Shown: one piece after another, positions 38,017 to 47,469 of the stretch
How the letters are laid out: the number at the start of each line of letters is the position of its first letter
How positions within the stretch are numbered: position 1 is the stretch's first letter
NCBI GenBank assembly: GCA_016928575.1
Contig: JAFGKK010000015.1
Location: 108,498 to 172,497 of the forward strand
DNA length: 64,000 bases
From: Anaerolineales bacterium
GTDB taxonomy: Bacteria; Chloroflexota; Anaerolineae; Anaerolineales; RBG-16-64-43
Direction: 5' to 3'
Notes under the pieces: generated by a model
The model's database searches: none
What the model was told of the DNA's origin: nothing
What the model saw: only the letters and a program-made list of their open reading frames with translations
Made by a program: the position numbers and the translations under genes

Positions 38017-39120
38017 TCAACCCCCGCAGCGGGAAGGCGCGGCCGTGGAAACGGGTAGGAGTTCCGCCCGAAGGCCGAAGGCTTCCACCACCGGCCGGCC
38101 CTCCCAATCGGCGGGAACATCCAGCCCCAACCCCCAAACCGCCGTGGCCGCGGTATCCAGAATCGAAACCGGAACGTCAAGCCGAACACCTTCCAGAACC
38201 CCGGGACCGTAAACGATCCAAGGAATGGTCATATCCTCCTCTTGACGGGTCCCGTGGGTGGTCCCGTGCCCGCCGTGGTCGGCGGTGAGGATGATCAGCG
38301 TCCCTTCCAAAAGTCCGAGGCCGCGCAGACCGTCGATGAGCGTTCCCACGGCGGTATCATCGCGGCCGATGCCCTTCAAGTAGTCCGGGGACATCCAGCC
38401 TTTGAGGTGGCCGAAGTAATCCGGAAGAATAAGATGCACGAAGAGCACCCCGAAACCGGCGGCGGATTCCTGGAGGGCAGTTTGAACGATCTGTTCGTCG
38501 GCATCGGCCACCCAGCGGAAGACATCCACTGTCCCGGGACGGGCCAGGGTGACGAGTTTCTCCTTGCCCACCACCATCACCGTCCGCAGACCGGCCGATT
38601 TTGCGATCGAGAAGACGGTATCTCCTTGCAGCGGCCCGTTGGCGGGGATCAGATCGTTCCAAGTGATCCCGTGTTCGTCCACACACCGGCCGGATACCAT
38701 CGAAGCATGCGCCGGCAGGGTCGCGCTGGGGAATATGGTTTGGGCGGAGAATGAGCTCGCGCCGCCGTTGATCAGCTCGCTGATTCGGGGAATGTTGGCG
38801 CGCAACAAGCCATCCGGGCGCAGTCCGTCAAGGCTGAGGATGAGGACCCGCGCGGCGTACGGCCGCGGATCGGGGGAAGGGGTGAAGGAGGCCGTGAAGG
38901 CCGGGGAAGAAGGGAGAGTCGCGCGGATGGCGGCCGTGACGGTAGGGACGGACGCGGCGGTGGATTCCGGCCGCAACCGGCCGCAGGATCCAAGGAGGAT
39001 CACTCCGCACAGCAACGGAAAAAGGCGGAGCGCCCGAAACGAACGGGGCGGTTCCCCGGACGGGCGGAACGGATGCGTACGGGGGGAGGATGGCCCGGAC
39101 GCCGGCCGACGAGGAATCAT
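38017..39120 (-). CDS. Alkaline-phosphatase-superfamily nucleotide pyrophosphatase/phosphodiesterase (ENPP-like) lipoprotein
   Basis: ATGA overlap with the pcm stop. Signal/lipobox LLCGVILLGSCG. VLILSLDGLRPDGL (metal/nucleophile region) and LIILTADHGGHG. Confidence 0.85.
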   Translation of the reverse strand: MIPRRPASGPSSPRTHPFRPSGEPPRSFRALRLFPLLCGVILLGSCGRLRPESTAASVPTVTAAIRATLPSSPAFTASFTPSPDPRPYAARVLILSLDGLRPDGLLRANIPRISELINGGASSFSAQTIFPSATLPAHASMVSGRCVDEHGITWNDLIPANGPLQGDTVFSIAKSAGLRTVMVVGKEKLVTLARPGTVDVFRWVADADEQIVQTALQESAAGFGVLFVHLILPDYFGHLKGWMSPDYLKGIGRDDTAVGTLIDGLRGLGLLEGTLIILTADHGGHGTTHGTRQEEDMTIPWIVYGPGVLEGVRLDVPVSILDTAATAVWGLGLDVPADWEGRPVVEAFGLRAELLPVSTAAPSRCGG

Positions 39121-39785
39121 TCGTTCCATCCGTGGACACCGATCAGCGGCACGAACACAACGGCCGTCAACCGCGAATGCCGGATTCCGGAGGGCGAACG
39201 GATCCACAATTCCAATTCCTGCACAGATCGTCCGCCGACCGGCGCGATCAGGCGGCCGCGGGGCGCCATCTGATCCAAGAGCGGCTGCGGGACGGCCGGG
39301 GTTCCTGCGGTCACCACGATAGCGTCGAAGGGGGCGTGCTCCGGAGAGCCGCAGGTTCCGTCGCCGACGACGACTTCCGCCCGGGAGATACCCAGTGCAT
39401 GCAGGTTCCGGCGCGCGCAATCCGCCAATTCGGGTATTCGCTCGATAGAATACACCTCATCCGAAAGACAGGCCAAAACGGCGGTTTGGTATCCGGATCC
39501 CGTCCCGATCTCCAGTACCCGCTCCGTTCCCCGCAGTTTGAGGGCTTCGGTCATATAGGCGACGATGTACGGCTGGGAGATGGTCTGATGGGAACCGATC
39601 GGCAGCGGAGTGTCGTCGTAGGCGGAGGCGCGGGCGTTCTCGGGAAGGAAAAGGTGCCGGGGGACGGCGCGCATCGCGGCCAAAACCCGGGCGTCCCGCA
39701 CTCCGCGGCGCTCGATCTGCTCTCGAACCATGAGGTCGCGTTGGGTTTGGCGGGGATCCGGGGGGAATTGGCAGAAGAGGTCCAA
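39117..39785 (-). CDS. pcm: Protein-L-isoaspartate O-methyltransferase
   Basis: MVREQIERRGVRDARVLAAMRAVPRHLFLP, QTISQPYIVAYM, VLEIGTGSGYQTAVLA. Start placed at TTG 39785 (GGAG 5 nt upstream); the alternative ATG at 39731 would give a shorter N-terminus. Confidence 0.88.
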   Translation of the reverse strand: MDLFCQFPPDPRQTQRDLMVREQIERRGVRDARVLAAMRAVPRHLFLPENARASAYDDTPLPIGSHQTISQPYIVAYMTEALKLRGTERVLEIGTGSGYQTAVLACLSDEVYSIERIPELADCARRNLHALGISRAEVVVGDGTCGSPEHAPFDAIVVTAGTPAVPQPLLDQMAPRGRLIAPVGGRSVQELELWIRSPSGIRHSRLTAVVFVPLIGVHGWNE

Positions 39786-39967
39786 CCTCGCTCCGCAGTA
39801 ACCGCCGGGCGGCGACCCGCGGACCGCAAGGGGAGAATCCGCAGGGGGCTCGTGCGGGACGGGAAGATTATACCGCCGGATGCGGTCGGACCCGCCGTTG
39901 ACGGCGAAAAAAGAAAGCCCGGCGCCGTATTTTATAGCGCCGGGCTTTTGCATTCCGCACCACGCGT

Positions 39968-40924
39968 CTATTTCACGGGATGGGCCTTGTTGTGACGCCG
40001 CACGAAGAACCGTACGATCAGGACAAACGGCGTGACGAACAACGCGATGACCAACAGGGCGGGGATGCCGCAGATGCCGAGGCGGATGAGGAAATCCACC
40101 AACCCCTGCAGCCCGTGGATCAGGTCTTCAAAAGCCTCTTTGGCGACGCCCTCCGGATGCCAACCTCCGATGCTGATCGGCTGAGAGGGGATGAAGGGCT
40201 GGAGGTAAACGGTGATCAGCGAATACTTCGATGCGGTTTCATAGTAGTTGATCTGGCCTTCCAGGACTTCGATCTCGCTCGTCACTTGGCGCAACTGGGC
40301 TTCCACCAGCAATACGGCTTCCGTATCGACGGCGTCTTTCATGATTTCCAACAGCCGGTTCTGCGATGCGTAGAGGTTGCGCAGGCGGGATTCCGCGTCG
40401 GTGTATTCCGCCGTCACGTCGCGGCCGGTTATCGACCGGTTTTTCACCTCCACCGCCAATGCTTCGATCTCCGCGAGCGCGGCTTTCAACTCCTCGGCGG
40501 TGTCGGCGGGGACCCGGATGGATATCTGTCCGGAGTAGTATTTTTCACCCGCGCTGCCGTACACGCTTTGGGAGACGTTCGATTCGACCACCCAGCCGCC
40601 TTTGGCGAAGGCCATATCGGCGATTTGCGAGGCCGCGTCGGAGGGATCGTTCACCACCAGCGTCAACGAAGCATCCATCAGGACGATCCGGTCCTGCGGA
40701 TTGACGGCCGGGTCCGGCAACTCAGATCCGGACGCGGCAGAATCCTCATAATCGGCATATTTAACGGCCGGGGCAGACTGCGGGACGGCGCCTTCGCCCG
40801 CTACGCCGATTTCGCGCAGAGAATCCTCAGTCCAATTGGCCGCCGCGGGAGAGGCATTGGCGGCCGCGCAGGAACTCAACATCAGCACGATGACGATCGA
40901 GAGAATCAGGGCTTTTCGTTTCAT
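39968..40924 (-). CDS. DUF4349-domain lipoprotein
   Basis: Lipobox LMLSSCAAA. Central coiled region DVTAEYTDAESRLRNLYASQNRLLEIM...QLRQVTSEIEVLEGQINYYE and a C-terminal TM helix, the typical DUF4349 layout. Confidence 0.75.
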   Translation of the reverse strand: MKRKALILSIVIVLMLSSCAAANASPAAANWTEDSLREIGVAGEGAVPQSAPAVKYADYEDSAASGSELPDPAVNPQDRIVLMDASLTLVVNDPSDAASQIADMAFAKGGWVVESNVSQSVYGSAGEKYYSGQISIRVPADTAEELKAALAEIEALAVEVKNRSITGRDVTAEYTDAESRLRNLYASQNRLLEIMKDAVDTEAVLLVEAQLRQVTSEIEVLEGQINYYETASKYSLITVYLQPFIPSQPISIGGWHPEGVAKEAFEDLIHGLQGLVDFLIRLGICGIPALLVIALFVTPFVLIVRFFVRRHNKAHPVK

Positions 40925-41012
40925 GGATCCTCCTTGCGGGAACCTCGATGAATTTGGTACAGAGGATTCCGACGAAGAACGGCCCCCGAAGGTTCCATGC
41001 CCTCCGCCGGGT

Positions 41013-41741
41013 TCACCAGCCTTCTTCGAGGCGGAGGATCAGCCGGGAGGGCAGGTCCGCCAGCCGCATCCGGGATTGGACCGTTTCAACGGAATATTCC
41101 ACCCGGTGCCATTCCCATTCCATGGTGTCGGTGTCCAGAAGGGAGTAGGCGGCGCGCGGATCCTGGTCGCGAGGCTGGCCGACGGAACCGGGATTAAGGA
41201 TCATCCGCTGATAGCCAAGAACGAACGAACTGCTGTGGGAGGGAAGGTATGTCACGCAGCGGTTCCGCTCGTTGAGTTGAAAGGCTATGGCGACGTGGCT
41301 ATGGCCGACCAGGCAATACAGCGTTTTAAAGAAGGAAAAACTGGTTTGAACCCGGGGAGCATCCAGCAGGTATTCCCACAGCGGACGGCGGGGACTTCCA
41401 TGGGCGAGCGTGTACGGATCATGCACAAGCCGTTCCGGGAGATCGTGCAGGAATTGGATCGCATCGGGGGTCAACTGGCGATGAGTCCAATCCAGCGCCC
41501 GGCGCGCTTCGCCGTTGAAGGCGTCAAGAGAAATATCCCCGATCGCGGCTTTGTCGTGGTTGCCGCCGATGCACAAAACCTCGGGAAGCTCCCGGATCCG
41601 GTTGATGCACTCGTTGGGGTCCGGGCCGTACCCGACGAGGTCCCCCAGGCACCATACGGCGTCGATCATCCCGGCGTCTTCGAGGACTGCGTCCAGGGCG
41701 GTGAGATTTGCGTGAATGTCGGAGACAACCAGGATCCGCAT
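41013..41741 (-). CDS. Metallophosphoesterase (YfcE/MJ0936-like)
   Basis: ATG at 41741 gives MRILVVSDIHANLTALDAVLED...VWCLGDLVGYGPDP...GGNHD...GHSH. Confidence 0.85.
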   Translation of the reverse strand: MRILVVSDIHANLTALDAVLEDAGMIDAVWCLGDLVGYGPDPNECINRIRELPEVLCIGGNHDKAAIGDISLDAFNGEARRALDWTHRQLTPDAIQFLHDLPERLVHDPYTLAHGSPRRPLWEYLLDAPRVQTSFSFFKTLYCLVGHSHVAIAFQLNERNRCVTYLPSHSSSFVLGYQRMILNPGSVGQPRDQDPRAAYSLLDTDTMEWEWHRVEYSVETVQSRMRLADLPSRLILRLEEGW

Positions 41742-41809
41742 GGCAAACCGGGAGAAGTCTACACCGTGAGGAAGGAATCGGCAATCCCGCGGCGGAAGCG
41801 GGTTTCCCG

Positions 41810-41857
41810 AAAAAATAGACAAGTCCTCGGGTGAGGGGGGCACCCGAAGACTTGTCT
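41810..41857 (-). terminator. Strong hairpin plus U-run on minus strand, between the GNAT-like paralog and the metallophosphoesterase gene
   Basis: Minus strand reads AGACAAGTCTTCGGGTG-cccccct-CACCCGAGGACTTGTCT then ATTTTTTC. This is a stem of about 17 bp with one mismatch. Confidence 0.65.
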
Positions 41858-42115
41858 GGGAAAATTCTACCACACGTCTGAAAAGAGAAGATTAAGCGAC
41901 CGTTAATTCGGATTGAGCAAAACGCTATTGCAGGTGCGCGAGAGGCTTCGATCCATGCGGGAAAAACGGGGAATTCTCAAACGAAAACTCCCGGCTTGCG
42001 GAATCCTTATTGCGATCTTGTCGAAGATCTTACCACCCTCGGAGAATCGCCTTTCATTTTCCTTTTCATCAGGCGCCGGACGGAAAACATTTCGGACGGC
42101 AAAGTCATCCGGCGG

Positions 42116-43279
42116 TTATATTTCCCGGAAAAACACCCTGTGATTCTTATAGGGATTGCCGCCCATATTTATCAAATCGGCCCGCATTTCCTTGGTCGTT
42201 TCGGCTACCTGGCACAATTCCCCGTACTTGAATTGTTGATGACGCATGTTCAGGGTTTTTTCCAACTCGGTGTAGAGCAGGACGTTGCCCCCAAGTCCGC
42301 GGTATTCCGGGAGGATCCCCGCGCCGTTCACCGCCATCCATTCGGTGCGATTGACTTCACGCAGGATGTCGATCAGCGCGCCTGGGGAGGGGATCGGATC
42401 CAAAAAGGAGAACGGCGGGACATACCCGCGGGTGCGCTGCAGGGCCGCCGAGACATCCGGGAAAGCAAGCACAAATCCCACAACGTCTTCCTGATGGGCA
42501 ATGATTTTTATGAACTCGTAATTCACAAGTTGCATGATGTTTTCGACGACGAAATTCACCTCGCGGTCTGAAAGCGGGTAATACTCCCAATTCTTCACGA
42601 AAGTTTTATTATAGGTTCGGATAAATTTCGGAATCCACGCCATCAATTCCTTGTTGGATTTGAATTCCAATACGCGGAGCGTATTGCGCTTTTTCGCCCT
42701 TTCCGCAACGCGGTACAGACGCTCCGGGAAGGTGATTTTTTCGCGCGGGAGGTAACAGGTGATGAAATCCACCTCCTTGCGGAACCCCATCGCCTCCAGG
42801 AAGCGCGGCAGATACGGGGGATTGTAGGCCGACATCATCATCGTCTGGCGGTGCTCAAAACCCTCGACCAGCATACCGTAGCCGTCGAGCGGGCCGAAAC
42901 CCTTGGGCCCCAGCATCCCGTTCAACCCCCGCTTCCGGGCCCAGGCAAACGCCTTGTCGAACAGGAATTGGGCCACGTGCGGATCGTCGACCGACTCAAA
43001 AAGGAAAAACGTCGCCACCTTGCGGTTGTGGTACCGGTTGTACGGTTTGTTCTCCATTACGGCGATCCGGCCGGCGTCGACCCCGTCCTTCACGGCGATG
43101 AAGAAATCCGCGTCGGAATGCTCGTAAAAGGGATGCTTCTTCCGGTTGAGCTGGAGGGACAGATCGCCCCACAACGGCGGAACCCATTGCTTGCTCCCGG
43201 CATACATTGGAAAGGGAATTCGAAAGAAGCGGATCACGTCGGAGCGTTTGCGGGTGTCGAGGGATTCGATCTGGATCAT
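42116..43279 (-). CDS. Two-domain GNAT-like acyltransferase-fold protein (paralog 1)
   Basis: ATG at 43279 gives MIQIESLDTRKRSDVIRFFRIPFPMYAGSKQWVPPLWGDL.... C-terminal GNAT motif A-like NGAGILPEYRGLGGNVLLY. 387 aa. Confidence 0.7.
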   Translation of the reverse strand: MIQIESLDTRKRSDVIRFFRIPFPMYAGSKQWVPPLWGDLSLQLNRKKHPFYEHSDADFFIAVKDGVDAGRIAVMENKPYNRYHNRKVATFFLFESVDDPHVAQFLFDKAFAWARKRGLNGMLGPKGFGPLDGYGMLVEGFEHRQTMMMSAYNPPYLPRFLEAMGFRKEVDFITCYLPREKITFPERLYRVAERAKKRNTLRVLEFKSNKELMAWIPKFIRTYNKTFVKNWEYYPLSDREVNFVVENIMQLVNYEFIKIIAHQEDVVGFVLAFPDVSAALQRTRGYVPPFSFLDPIPSPGALIDILREVNRTEWMAVNGAGILPEYRGLGGNVLLYTELEKTLNMRHQQFKYGELCQVAETTKEMRADLINMGGNPYKNHRVFFREI

Positions 43280-43308
43280 GGCGGCACTCCTGATCCCTTC
43301 CCGCGCTC

Positions 43309-43363
43309 CCCAATCCGCGAGTCGCTTCCCCGTGGAGGCGGGGAAGCCGTCCCGCGGATTGGG
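43309..43363 (-). other. Two-tier hairpin in the spacer between the tandem paralogs
   Basis: Plus strand: CCCAATCCGCG(43309-43319)...CTTCCCCG(43325-32)-tggagg-CGGGGAAG(43339-46)...CGCGGATTGGG(43353-63). It sits about 30 nt upstream of the paralog-1 RBS (AGGAG). No U-run. Confidence 0.5.
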
Positions 43364-43386
43364 CGAAGGCCGGAAGGGGCGCGCGA

Positions 43387-44550
43387 TTAGATGCTGCGGA
43401 TGAAAACCCGGTGGTTCTTGTGGAATGCCCCGCCGAGATTGGCGAGGTCGGAGCGCATTTCCTTGGCGGTTTCGGCCACCTGGCAGAGCTCTCCGTAGTT
43501 GAATTGGCGGAAATGGCTGTTGATGGTTTTTTCCATCTCCGAGTACATCAGGGCGTTTCCGCCCACCCCTTTGAACTCGGGAAGGATGCCGCCGCCGTTG
43601 AGCGCAAGCCATTCGGTCCGGGAGACTTCGCGGAGGATATCCGGAATCGCCAGGGGCGGGGGAACGCCGTCCAAGATGGCCAAGGGAGCCACATAGCCGC
43701 GCGTCCGCTGCAGCGCGGCGGAGATGTCGGGAAAGGAAAGGATGAATCCGACGACGTCGTCCTTGTGGGTCATGATTTTTATCAGATCTTGATCCAGGAA
43801 TTGCATGATGTTGTCGACGACAAAATTCACTTCCCGATCGGACAGCGGGTAGTATTCCCAATTCTTGACAAACGCGGCGTTGTACGCCCGGATGAATCCG
43901 GGAATCCAGCCCAGCAACTCCCTCTTATTCTTAAAGGAAAGGACGTTAAAGGCTCCGCGCTTGAGAACGCGCTGGGCAATGGAGTGCACCCGGTCCGGCA
44001 TGCGGAATCCTTCGCGGGTGATCAGGCAGGTGATGAAATCCACCTCCTTGCGGAAACCCAGCGCCTCCAAAAAGCGCGGCAGGTACGGAGGATTGTAGGC
44101 GGACATCATCATCGTCTGCCGCCGGTCGAATCCGTCCACCAGCATCCCGTAGCCGTCCAGCGGGCCGAACCCCTTCGGACCCATCACCTCCGTCAGCCCG
44201 CGGCTGCGGGCCCACCCGAAGGCGCGTTCGAACAGGGCTTTGGCAACCTCCGGATCCTCGATGCATTCAAACAGGTAAAACGCCGCAACCTTGCGGTCGT
44301 GGTAGCGGTTGTAGGGCTTGTTTTCCATTACCGCCATACGGCCGACATCCCGGCCCGATTGCGAGGCGATGAAGAAATCCGCGTCGGAGTGTTCGTAGAA
44401 TGGGTGTTTCTTCCGGTTGAGCTGCATGGACAGGTCCGACCACAGCGGCGGGACCCAAAACGGGTTCCCTTCGTACATCGGAAACGGCACTTTATAGAAC
44501 CGGATCACGTCGGAGCGTTTGTTGCTGTCGATTTTCTCAATCCGCAGCAT
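43387..44550 (-). CDS. Two-domain GNAT-like acyltransferase-fold protein (paralog 2)
   Basis: ATG at 44550 gives MLRIEKIDSNKRSDVIRFYKVPFPMYEGNPFWVPPLWSDL.... Collinear with paralog 1 over the full 387 aa, with long identical blocks such as QLNRKKHPFYEHSDADFFIA and RQTMMMSAYNPPYLPRFLEA. Confidence 0.7.
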   Translation of the reverse strand: MLRIEKIDSNKRSDVIRFYKVPFPMYEGNPFWVPPLWSDLSMQLNRKKHPFYEHSDADFFIASQSGRDVGRMAVMENKPYNRYHDRKVAAFYLFECIEDPEVAKALFERAFGWARSRGLTEVMGPKGFGPLDGYGMLVDGFDRRQTMMMSAYNPPYLPRFLEALGFRKEVDFITCLITREGFRMPDRVHSIAQRVLKRGAFNVLSFKNKRELLGWIPGFIRAYNAAFVKNWEYYPLSDREVNFVVDNIMQFLDQDLIKIMTHKDDVVGFILSFPDISAALQRTRGYVAPLAILDGVPPPLAIPDILREVSRTEWLALNGGGILPEFKGVGGNALMYSEMEKTINSHFRQFNYGELCQVAETAKEMRSDLANLGGAFHKNHRVFIRSI

Positions 44551-44594
44551 GAAGACTCCTGTTAATCCATGGAATGGAGTTCGCCATCGGACGG

Positions 44595-44619
44595 TTGCGG
44601 GGCGTTTCTTGCCCCGCAA
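44595..44619 (-). terminator. Hairpin just downstream of lpdA (possible U-less terminator)
   Basis: TTGCGGGGC-gtttctt-GCCCCGCAA, a 9-bp GC-rich stem. No T-run on the minus strand. Confidence 0.35.
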
Positions 44620-44631
44620 TCCGCTTCCGGT

Positions 44632-46035
44632 TTACAAGTGGAGGTAGCCTCCGTGCAACCCATGGGCCGCCTCCATCAAGCTCTCGCTTAAGGTGGGGTG
44701 CGCGTGGATATTGCGAGCGATCTCCTCCGCGCCCAAGCCCGCCCGCTGTGCGAGGGTGAGTTCCGGCAACAATTCCGATACTTCCGGCCCGACGAGGTGC
44801 GCCCCGAGCAGCAATCCCGTCTGTTGATCGGCGATCAGCTTCACCCAACCGGCGTGCTCTCCGATCCCCAGGGCTTTGCCGTTGGCTTGGAAGGGGAAGC
44901 GTGCGACTTTGACTGTATAACCCCGCTCCGCCGCCTGGGATTCGGTCAGACCTAAGGAGCCCGCCTGCGGGTGCGAGTAGACGGCGCGCGGAAGGAACTC
45001 ATAATCCAGTGCGGCGGGCTCTTGACCAGCCATGGCTTCCGCGCACGCCAAGCCCATTGCGGATCCGACGTGAGCCAGCATCAGTTTTCCGGTGACATCG
45101 CCGATCGCCCAGATCCCGGGGACGTTGGTCGCCATGCGGCCGTCCACGGAAATGCGGTTTTTTTCCATCGCCACGCCAAGGGATTCGAGGCCCAGCCCAT
45201 CCGAGTTGGGGCGGAAGCCGACGGCTACCAGCACCAGTCCGGCTTCGAGGAATTCGCCTTCGGCGCCGCCTTGCAGGCGCAATCGGACGCCTTCGCCGGC
45301 CGATTCCGCCGATTGCACCTTGCATCCGGTGCGGATTTCGATGCCCAGCCGGCCGAAGGCCTTCGTCAATTCGGCGCTGACCTCTTCATCCTCCAAAGGA
45401 GCGATCCGCGCCAGCATCTCCACGATCGTCACCCGTACGCCGTAGGCGTTCCAGAGTGCGGCGAATTCGAGGCCGATCGGGCCGCCGCCAACAATCACCG
45501 CCGAAGAGGGCAAGGCCTCGCGGAGGATCGCCTCGCGGTAGGTGAGGATGCGGATTCCGTCCGGACGGATCCCGGGCGGGGAGGCGGGCTGAGCGCCGGT
45601 GGCGACGACGATGTGCTTCGCGGTGAGAGAAAACGGCGTATCTCCGTCCGCTTCGGCGACCGTCACCGCGCCGGGCCCGGTGATGCGGGCCGCGCCGCGG
45701 ATCACGTCGACGGCGTTTTTCTTGAGCAGGAATTCGACACCTTTAACCATCCGTCCGGAGATCCGGCGCGAACGGCGGACGGCGGCGGAATAATCCACCG
45801 TGACATCACCGGTTTCAAATCCGAATTCCTTTCCGCCGCCGCGGACCGTGCGGATGACCTCGGCGTTGCGGAGCAGGGCTTTGGAGGGGATGCAACCGAC
45901 GTTTAAACAAACCCCGCCCAGAAATTCCCGTTCCACGACCGCGGTTTTCAGGCCCAGTTGGGAGGCGCGGATCGCACAGACATATCCGGCCGGCCCGGCG
46001 CCGATGACGATCACGTCGTACGGGGATTTGGGCAA
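44632..46035 (-). CDS. lpdA: Dihydrolipoyl dehydrogenase
   Basis: TTG start at 46035 with AAGGAGGG 5 nt upstream. (M)PKSPYDVIVIGAGPAGYVCAIRASQLGLKTAVVE, redox-active GGVCLNVGCIPSK, C-terminal HAHPTLSE. 467 aa. Confidence 0.93.
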   Translation of the reverse strand: MPKSPYDVIVIGAGPAGYVCAIRASQLGLKTAVVEREFLGGVCLNVGCIPSKALLRNAEVIRTVRGGGKEFGFETGDVTVDYSAAVRRSRRISGRMVKGVEFLLKKNAVDVIRGAARITGPGAVTVAEADGDTPFSLTAKHIVVATGAQPASPPGIRPDGIRILTYREAILREALPSSAVIVGGGPIGLEFAALWNAYGVRVTIVEMLARIAPLEDEEVSAELTKAFGRLGIEIRTGCKVQSAESAGEGVRLRLQGGAEGEFLEAGLVLVAVGFRPNSDGLGLESLGVAMEKNRISVDGRMATNVPGIWAIGDVTGKLMLAHVGSAMGLACAEAMAGQEPAALDYEFLPRAVYSHPQAGSLGLTESQAAERGYTVKVARFPFQANGKALGIGEHAGWVKLIADQQTGLLLGAHLVGPEVSELLPELTLAQRAGLGAEEIARNIHAHPTLSESLMEAAHGLHGGYLHL

Positions 46036-46167
46036 GAGCCCTCCTTTTCCGGCTGTGGGAACCGGACGGGCGGTTTTTCCTTCCCCCGCGGGGGGCCGGA
46101 GCTCCGAAGCGCCGCGGGTTGCTGAAAATTCCGGGCCAAGGGGATTATAATTCCAAATCAATCCGCT

Positions 46168-47469
46168 ATGAAGAAAATCGCCTTCGCCTTCGCGGTTTTG
46201 TTGTTTTGCGGTTTCCGGACTCAGGTCCGGGCCGAAGGGCAGACGCGCGTCTTGTGGTTGAAGGCCGAGGGCGCGGTTTCCACCGTCATGACCGAATACG
46301 TCGAACGCGGCGTCAAATTGGCGGACACGGAGAATTATTGCCTGATCGTCTTGGAGCTAAACACGCCGGGCGGACAGATTAGTTTGATGGAACGGATCGT
46401 CACCGCCCTGCGCGGGAGCCGGATCCCGGTGGTGGTATACGTCGCTCCGCGCGGAGCGATCGCCGGAAGCGCCGGAACGCTGATCACCCTGGCCGGCCAT
46501 GTGGCGGCGATGGCGCCCGAGACGGCCATCGGCGCCGCCAGTCCGGTGGGATCACAAGGCGAAGACCTTAACACCACGCTGGAAACCAAGGAGAAGGAGA
46601 TCCTTCGCGCCCTAATCCGCTCGCTGACGGAATCCCGCCCGGCGGAGGCCGTCGCCTTGGCCGAAAGCACGATCGAATCCGCCAAGGCGGTCTCCTCGCG
46701 CGAGGCGCTGGATACCGGGCTGATCGATATCCTCGCGGATTCGCGGGAGGATCTTTTGCGACAGTTGGACGGCAGGACCGTCCGCCTGGCCCAAGGCGAG
46801 GTTGTCCTGCGAACCGCCTGGGCGACGGTGGTGGATTTGGATTTGACCGTAATTGAGATTCTGCTCGGGCTGATCACCAATCCCAACATCGTCTTCCTTC
46901 TGCTGGCCGTCGGCGTGCAGGCGATCCTGATCGAGTTTTCCCAACCCGGAGGTTGGGTGGCGGGATTCATCGGTGCGGTCTGCCTGGCGCTGGCTTTCTA
47001 CGGAATGGGGCTTCTTTCCGTGAATTGGCTTGGATTGGTTTTCATCGTCCTGGCCTTCGTGCTTTTCTTTATGGAATTCCAGACCCCCACCCAGGGCGCG
47101 TTAACGGCGGCGGGGACGGGATCCTTCATTGCCGGTGCGCTGATCCTCTTCAACTCGCCGGCCACGCCGGAATTCCAGCGCGCCTCCGTTCCGTTGATCG
47201 TTGGCACGGGGATCGCCCTGGCCCTGGTTTTTTCGCTCGTCATCGGGCTGGCCCTCCGCGCCAGAAAGCTGCCGATTTCAATGGGCCGGGAAGCCCTGGC
47301 CGGGAAATTCGGCGACGTGCGCACGGCGCTCGCGCCGAGGGGGATGGTGCAATCCGAGGGTGAAATGTGGACCGCCGAAACTGAAGACGGCGCCCACTTG
47401 GACGCGGGAACGCGTGTTCAGGTGGTTCGGGTCGAAGGCTTGAGGCTCATCGTGCGGAAGGCGCCGTGA
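46168..47469 (+). CDS. NfeD-family membrane-bound ClpP-class serine protease
   Basis: Signal peptide, LELNTPGGQISLMERI, GSAGTLITLAGHVAAMAP, central TM block, and a C-terminal OB-like EGEMWTAE...VQVVRVEGLRLIV. Confidence 0.85.
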   Translation: MKKIAFAFAVLLFCGFRTQVRAEGQTRVLWLKAEGAVSTVMTEYVERGVKLADTENYCLIVLELNTPGGQISLMERIVTALRGSRIPVVVYVAPRGAIAGSAGTLITLAGHVAAMAPETAIGAASPVGSQGEDLNTTLETKEKEILRALIRSLTESRPAEAVALAESTIESAKAVSSREALDTGLIDILADSREDLLRQLDGRTVRLAQGEVVLRTAWATVVDLDLTVIEILLGLITNPNIVFLLLAVGVQAILIEFSQPGGWVAGFIGAVCLALAFYGMGLLSVNWLGLVFIVLAFVLFFMEFQTPTQGALTAAGTGSFIAGALILFNSPATPEFQRASVPLIVGTGIALALVFSLVIGLALRARKLPISMGREALAGKFGDVRTALAPRGMVQSEGEMWTAETEDGAHLDAGTRVQVVRVEGLRLIVRKAP

